Made by a program: the position numbers and the translations under genes. The notes below the pieces were generated by a model, which saw nothing but the letters and a program-made list of their open reading frames with translations, was not told the origin of the DNA and searched no databases. From the NCBI RefSeq assembly GCF_006345805.1, contig NC_043001.1, positions 88,164,001 to 88,228,000 of the forward strand: 64,000 nucleotides of DNA, written 5' to 3'. This document shows positions 56,650-64,000 of the stretch, one piece after another (positions within the stretch are counted from its first letter, which is position 1; every line of letters starts with the position of its first letter). The DNA is from Octopus sinensis. Taxonomy: Eukaryota.

Positions 56650-57650
56650 TCTGCTATTTTGTATTCAAAACGTTCTGCCCTTATTGAATTCAAAAAGGTG
56701 CTCAAGGTTGTTGGAAAGATGGTGGATAATCTTGTGGATGTCTACCAAGTAGTTGCCAGATGTTGAAGCTTTAATGTCTCCATGTCCAAGGAAGTAAAAC
56801 ATTTAGAATATAGTAGACACCTGACAATGGGTATTCATCTGGTTGCACATTTCTGAATAGTTTCCAGAAGATTGATATGCTGAGCAAAATAGGGGTTCCA
56901 GATTGGTGATGTAAACTCTGTGAAGATACCATATCCATATGCAGCTTTAAATAGATAGCTGGTGAGTGGCTGACAAAAGGTTTTACTTGGGTGATGCTAA
57001 GACACCCTCAACCTTCTTGACAATTTTAGAGATGTAGTTTGTTCAACACAAATCTCTGTTGACAAAAACGAAAATAGTAGATGTCTAAACATTGGTGTTG
57101 TTGAAAGAGTGTGTAAAGGCTGAGTTTTTCCTCCCAAAATGTATGGTAGTGCAGCCAGCCTCAGTTTCCAGTTGCTAATCCATTGCTACTTTGTGTCCAG
57201 ATACAATAGTAGAAAAGATCTATAGCATATAATATCTGTCCTTTTTACTTCATATACTTCATCAGGTACAGCCTGATGTCATCTGCATATTTCAACACAA
57301 TAATATTCTTCAAGCTGGCATCTATATCATTAATATATTCAGTAAACAACAGGGGTTCCAGAATGTGTCCCTGTGGTACACCAGTTGTCATCTCATAGGG
57401 TAAAGAATGATATCCTAGAATCGTGACTACCTCTTCTTTACCAAAAAGGACTACAGGAAGGACCACGAAGGACCAATGAAGGACTACATCCAATTATAAA
57501 GATCATCTTTCATATCCATTGCAGAAAGTGTTGCCATGAGTTATTTGTTTGGCACAGAATTGAAAGCTTTAGCAAAGTCAAGACAGATAACATTCACCCA
57601 TGAGTTGCCATCAATGATTTTGGGTAATGTCTTCAAGGAACTGAAGACAT
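56650..57650 (-). mobile_element. CR1/L2-group LINE RT remnant
   Basis: VICLDFAKAFNSVP, TGVPQGHILEPLLFTEYINDI, KYADD. Confidence 0.85.
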
Positions 57651-57671
57651 GAGTTGGCTACATATACATAC

Positions 57672-57713
<42 letters not shown>

Positions 57714-57717
<4 letters not shown>

Positions 57718-57831
57718 ATATCCAGAGGTAATGCAGTACGAGCGTTTCATGCGACTCCATTTAATTGAACAATGCAAACATTAAATGGAGTCACATGAAA
57801 CAATCATACTGCATTACCTCTGGATATCCTT
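57714..57831. repeat. Compact near-perfect hairpin (about 52-bp stem, about 13-nt loop)
   Basis: aaggatatccagaggtaatgcagta..catgcgactccatttaat pairs with attaaatggagtcacatg..tactgcattacctctggatatcctt. Confidence 0.9.
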
Positions 57832-58182
57832 GTTACTTATTTTGATTATAATCACCTCATTTTGAATTATATGGATAATACCATACTAAATTCTGGTGCC
57901 TTTAACTTAAGTACCATATTCATCTGAATCTAAATTTTACTGAATATATATATGAGTATATATATTTCTGCTGTTTCACTGAGAAATGATGAATTCCAGA
58001 ACTCAATATATAAGTGTATTGTATTCTTTAATACATTATAACAGAAAGGCTCATAATTCCAATACTCTCAGTTACATATTTCCACTCATTCAGCTGATAA
58101 CCTGAGCCTGTGTTGCCTTGAAATATCTATTTTTTAAATATATTTTGAAGTATTATATGAAAGTTATGAAGAAAATACTTAC

Positions 58183-58191
58183 CTTTATGTT
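58183..58191 (-). CDS. Putative 9-nt microexon AACATAAAG (E-H-K in phase 1)
   Basis: gcttttgcaagattatttttaactag|AACATAAAG|gtaagt: perfect donor, with UGC and TGCATG motifs upstream. Confidence 0.6.
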
Positions 58192-58835
58192 CTAGTTAAA
58201 AATAATCTTGCAAAAGCACATGCATAAACAACTGTTTCAAGTGCACATTTTTCATTTCATTTCTGATTCTCAAAAGGAATACTCCAAACATTTTAAACAT
58301 CATATAAGCAAGGTTACTATTATCACTTGCCTCATGAAATTGTTTAAGTAAAATTTTAAAATAATATTCTTAAAACAATGTATGTTTGTGTGCATGTGTG
58401 TGTTTTGCACATGTCTGCACACATACATGTATTCATACTCACATACACATACAGACATGGGTATACCCTTGTCCTGACGTCCTGGTTTTGTTTTTATCCT
58501 TACCATTATTGTTTTTACGTATTTGTATTCTTATCCGTGCTCTCTTTATTGTTTTTACGTTTTTTTTGCATTTTTATTCGTGTACATCGTCCGTTTTCCG
58601 TCCTTGTGTTGTATACATTCGAGGCTTTCTTCCAAGGGATCTAATGTGCTTGGCTTAGATTTCCCTTGGGGGCTGCCCAGATCGGAGCAATCTCAAGATT
58701 AATCAGCCGAAATTGCGAAGATGATCCGGTTCTTGACTGATGATTAAGGGCTTCGAATGTCCCGTCCTGTGTTTCTTGTGTCGTCTTCTAGGTGTTTCAC
58801 GTTCTTGTCCCAGTTTGTATATATTTTTTTACTTT

Positions 58836-58875
<40 letters not shown>

Positions 58876-58930
58876 CATACATACACATGCATATATATAT
58901 AGACAAACACACACACATATATAAATAATA

Positions 58931-58984
<54 letters not shown>

Positions 58985-58988
<4 letters not shown>

Positions 58989-59662
58989 GTACAGGATGTC
59001 AGCAATGGTGCAAATAACATGAAACAAGTAAACAAACGAGGGAAAAATGAGTGAAATATGTAAACACGAGAAAAAATGGAAAACAGGACAAGTTAACACA
59101 GAGAAAGGCTCTCTCTCCACTCTTTCTCTTTTCTCTCTCTTTCTCATTGCTCACACATGACCATCGTCCATCTTTCTTTTTCTCACATGACCATCTTTCT
59201 TTTCCTGCACTAACTTTTAAATGAGTGGACATATTTTTTCTCACTCTCTTCTATCTTTTCTCTTTTCTAAAAAAATGTTTCTCCCATCATTCACTATTTT
59301 CCTCTCGGTTCGGTTTAACGACCCTCCATGTTTGCTGTCATTTGGTTTCCTTGTATGTCTCCACTGTCATTTTTTGTTCCCAACTTTGACCCTCCATAAA
59401 TCCTAAATTTTACTTAAGAATTTTGCGGAGCAACTGTCTTTGAAGACACATATTTTCATTGAATGTTCGAAATGAGGAATATATAGAGAGCATGAGGAAT
59501 ATATAGAGAGCTGACAACTGATGAAGGGTCCTTTCTCTGTGTTAACTTATCCTGTTTTCCATTTTTTCTTGTGTTTATGTACTTCAATTGTTTTTCCCTC
59601 ATTTGTTTACGTATTTCATGTTATTTGTACCATTGGTGTTGTCCTGTACCCATAAATACATG

Positions 59663-59703
<41 letters not shown>

Positions 59704-59760
59704 TGTATATTATTTATTATTTGATATTTAATTAAACACAACGCATCCATTTCCAAGTAA
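58985..59760. repeat. Inverted pair of P-family units
   Basis: 58985-59110 is the reverse complement of about 59530-59655; another minus-strand copy lies at 56390-56600. Confidence 0.8.
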
Positions 59761-59807
<47 letters not shown>

Positions 59808-60555
59808 CATATATACATATAATATATATATATATATACACACACACACATACATACACATATAATAGTACCCAGTATGCTCTGTAAAGTGACTGGCTTT
59901 ATAAAGGACATCAAGCTGTGGAAACCATGCTAAAGAAAGCATTAGAGCTCACTTGCTCATTTTCCCTGCTAGTATGGGTTTGACATATATATATATATAC
60001 ATATATCTTATAATGGAGGAAACTACTCATTAATTAATTGGAATCATGTAACTTTTGCTAAAAGAAGTAATTATTAAACTCTCCATAGTTTACAAAATTT
60101 TTAAGAATTGAAATTTTAATATATTTTTATCAAAATGTGGTCTTTAAGATTTTCTTTGACAAAATGATTAATTTTAATTAACTGTGGGCTTTTTTTTGTA
60201 AACTTAACTGCATGATAGTATTTTTAAATATCTTATTGTCCTCCTCCCTCCCCCCTCTATTTCTCGTTCTCTCACTCCCTCCCTTCTCTCTCTTTCCATC
60301 TCTTCTTTGTTTATATATCTTCAATAGTTAATTCCTCTGCTGAAACCTCCACTGTTTGTGTTATTGTAGATCATATGAACAGGTATAAAAAATATCATTT
60401 CTCATCTCTGTACAGCTGTAGCTGCATGTTTATATAAGGTTAATACTAAAATGTACAAGCATATATGTTGACAGAAAAGAAATAAGTTAAAAGCAACAGT
60501 ACATATTTCAATATGAGTTTTTTAACAACACATCCCCAAACAATATTTATCATAC

Positions 60556-60588
60556 CTTTACAAAAAACAAACATCAGAGATTCTGATT
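60556..60588 (-). CDS. Putative 33-nt small exon (x-SESLMFVFCK in phase 1)
   Basis: T-run acceptor ttttttttttttttaaatgcag| and donor AAG|gtatga; open only in phase 1. Confidence 0.45.
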
Positions 60589-60898
60589 CTGCATTTAAAA
60601 AAAAAAAAAAACATTTTTTAAAATAACAAACTAGCAATTGAAATATGTATAATACCAAACAAAATATATTAGTACGTATACACATTAAATGCAAATGAAA
60701 TATACTCATATACAAAACAAAATATATTAAAACACACTTCTACAAAAAATATATAGAGTGGCTGTGTGATAAGTAGCTTGCTTACCAATCACATGGTTCC
60801 GGGTTCAATCCCACCATGTGGCACCTTAGGCAAGTGTCTTCTACTATAGCCTCGGGCCAACCAAAGCCTTGTGAGTGGATTTGGTAGACAGAAACTGT

Positions 60899-62126
60899 TT
60901 CTTCAAACGAGCCCACAACCTACGAGACCTCTTGGTCCACAGCTTCTTCCTTAATCTAACCTCCCAAATCAGCTCATTTCCCTGCTCCTGCCCATGCTGC
61001 CACACTTGCCCTTACCTCTCCAACACCACCCTCCTCGCAGGCACCCATCATCGACCCTATCATATCACTGACTCCCTCACCTGCACTTCTAGCAATGTCA
61101 TCTACTGCATCTCCTGCTCTCTCTCTGTCCTTCTCTATACAAAGGTCAAACGGGACGCCGCTTGGCTGTCCATTTCATGGAACACCTCCGAGACATCCAA
61201 CCTGGCAATGACACCCCGGTCTTGCATCATTTCCACTCTACCAGTCATTCTTTACAACACTTGTCTGTGTTCGGATTGTCCTTGCACAGTGGCCATCCAG
61301 ACTCCTGTCTTCGCCATGAACAGGAATTAATCTTCTCTCTTCGCTCCTTTGCGCAACATGGGCTCAAATCTCCTCTCCTCTTCATCTAACCCTCCTCCTC
61401 TCTCCTTGCTTCCTCTCACACCTACTTCCTCATACCCACCTCTCCTCTCTTGCTCTGGCACCTACTTCTTCTTTTCACTCCTACCCACCTTCTCCCTTCC
61501 ACCCTCTCCCTTCATCGCCACAACCTCCCTTGTTATCCCACCCCTACACATTCCAACCCCACCATCCCTATATTTCCCATCCCGCCCCACATCATCTATT
61601 AGACCCCATCCTTGCTTCCCCACTCTTGTCTCCCTTACACCCTAACACTACTACACCACACCACACACCATACACCACCACACCACATACCACCAGACCA
61701 TACACCACCATACACCACCTCGCATGCACTAACACTGACCACTTCCCAGCACCTATACCATCATCCACACACCTACACATGCACACACACACACACACAC
61801 GTCAATGTTACTAGCCCCCTTCCACACACACATACATGCTCTCACATACACACATATGCGCATCTTCATTTTGGGATCACCACTACCTTATTATCTTCTC
61901 TTCTTCCTAGCTCTCCTGTGTGACCTCTCTGTCCAGCATTCACCATGATAGATTACTAGGCACTTAACCTTTTTCTATTTTCTCTCCCTGTTTATTTCTC
62001 TGTTCTTTTCTGTTGAAGAGCATAGGCTTAAAACATAAAAGACTTTCTTATTTCTCGAGCGTTAAACTAATACATCCATTTGTTGTTTACACACCCATCT
62101 TCGTCTTTTGTCTTTTTTGTAAATTC

Positions 62127-62135
<9 letters not shown>
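60899..62135 (+). mobile_element. Penelope-like element (Neptune-type GIY-YIG) 3' remnant with UTR and pLTR end
   Basis: FKRAHNLRDLLVHS, CPCCHTCPY, TCTSSNVIYCISC, (IG)QTGRRLAVHFMEHLRDI, EQELIFSL..GLK; degenerate hammerhead at 62004-62042. Confidence 0.85.
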
Positions 62136-62196
<61 letters not shown>

Positions 62197-62780
62197 TATA
62201 TATATATATGTATGTATATATATATATATGTGTGTATGTATATATAATATATATATATATATATATAAAGGGATGCAGAGGAAGTGCAATGTAATCATAA
62301 GCAGGTTAATGCAGAATGAAAATTTCATACTTGGTGAGTGCAATCAGCACTAAGAAGATCATGAGCACTAAAAGATCATGAGAAATTGATTTTCTCAAAT
62401 GCTCGGCAGGTTTTCTAGTGTAGTTATAACTTTTGTTACAGAGATCATGATGCAATGTCTTCTTTTCCTGTTGTGACAGATTAAAAACTATCTTTACCAT
62501 CAAAATGTCTCTTAGTAAAGTTAACAAAGAGCCTGAAGAGAAATTAGCAAAAATATTGGTTTCAAATTTTGGCACAAGGCCAGCAATTTTGGGGAGGGAG
62601 TAAATCAATTACATCAACCCCAGTGATCAACTGGTACTTATTTTATTGACCCCCTCCCCACAAGAGGATGAAAGGTGGCACACATCCTCAGAGAGTTAAT
62701 GAAAGAAGGATGGCTGGCAGAGTCATACAGGTAGGTCAGAGGGGAAAACAATGAGAAGGGATGTTGAGGAGCTAGAGAAG

Positions 62781-62830
<50 letters not shown>

Positions 62831-63199
62831 ATGTGTGTGTGTGAGAGAGAGAGACATTATAATGTGATTCATGTCACTTTAAAGTGGAAAACTGGCAATA
62901 TCATTAGCACCCCAGGCAAAATGCTTAATGGCATTTTGCCCGTCCTTATGTTCTGAGTTCTACTGAGATCGGTTTTGCCTTTCATCCTTTCGGGGTTGAC
63001 AAAATAAGTACCAGTCAATCATTGGGGTTGATGTAATCGACTTACCCCTCCCCCAAAATTGCTGGTCTTGTGCCAAAATTTGAAACACCAGCATCAAAAT
63101 ATATGAAATATGCTAAGGTTTTAAAAATAAATCTTGCAATGACCAAGTCATGTACTACTTCATGCTATAACACATAATATATAGCATATACACTGATAT

Positions 63200-63327
63200 A
63201 GGTGTAGGAGTGACTGTGTGGTATGTAGCTTGCTTACCAACCTTGGGCAAGTGTCTTCTACTATAGCCTCGGGCTGACCAAAGCCTTGTGAGTGGATTTG
63301 GCAGCTGGAAATTGAAAGAAGCCCATC

Positions 63328-63398
<71 letters not shown>

Positions 63399-63618
63399 AT
63401 ATGTTTGTGTGTCTGTGTTTGTCCCCCCAACATCGCTTGGCAACCGATGCTGGTGTGTTTCCATCCCCATAACTTAACAGTTCGGCAAAAGAGACCGATA
63501 GAATAAGTACTAGGCTTACAAAGAATAAGTCCTGGGGTCGATTTGCTCGACTAAAAGGCGGTGCTCCAGCATGGCCACAGTCAAAAGAGTGAAACAAGTA
63601 AAAGAGTGAAAGAGAGTA
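63200..63618 (+). mobile_element. SINE family A (small internal deletion)
   Basis: Head, (TA)n core and tail. Confidence 0.9.
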
Positions 63619-64000
63619 AAGATATATAGCATGTTATGATATATAAGCAGGAAGGTCAGAAAGTTAAAAGAAAAAAGAAAGGAGGGCATCAAATGAAACA
63701 CACTGGAAAATAAAAGCAATGGTTGTAACATTTTAAATACCCCTTGCAAAGCAAATGTACTGTTAATGTCCATCTGGTTTCAGTATAATGTCAATGACAA
63801 GTGGATTTTCATAAGACAGTGATGCCTTAAGATAATAGACACAGCAGAGAAAAATAACAGCTCAGTTAATTAAAGGATGGTTCATGTGTGTCGGATGATT
63901 GTAAAACATTGATGGTACACATAATACTTACTTATAGACTAGTTGGTGCAGGATAGTGGGAGAATAAGGGAAGAGAGTGGAGGTGGAGATGTGCAGAGTG

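Noticed and set aside
62306-62400. Hydrophobic [15 protein letters not shown] stretch (signal-peptide-like) on minus
   Set aside because: It is created partly by a local 18-nt duplication, and its donor gives phase 2, which is incompatible with the phase-1 chain

Overview
Eukaryotic, AT-rich, repeat-saturated DNA. From recall of its repeat families (not a database search) it looks like an Octopus genome. There is no intact long ORF. Most ORF-track entries are microsatellite translations ((TA)n, (CA)n, (ATG)n, (ACC)n) or decayed transposon pieces. Recognisable remnants are mariner (x2), Tc1, maT/DD37D, Tigger/pogo, a non-autonomous Helitron, piggyBac-type and foldback MITEs, two RTE LINEs plus many RTE 3' tails, two CR1-like LINEs, an R4/Dong-like LINE, two Penelope-like elements (GIY-YIG) and many tRNA-derived SINEs. 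Two hidden signals stand out. (1) A chain of tiny minus-strand exon candidates with good splice sites, all multiples of 3 and open in phase 1 (33, 9, 15 and 12 nt), leads to a terminal exon at 8679 and spans about 52 kb. This suggests the window is intronic sequence of a microexon-rich host gene ending ...LYKAL*. (2) Several hammerhead-ribozyme-like motifs occur in Penelope-derived repeats; two carry the same CCGA (U4C) core variant. Both signals are sequence-level inferences that need RNA evidence. Repeat boundaries are approximate.
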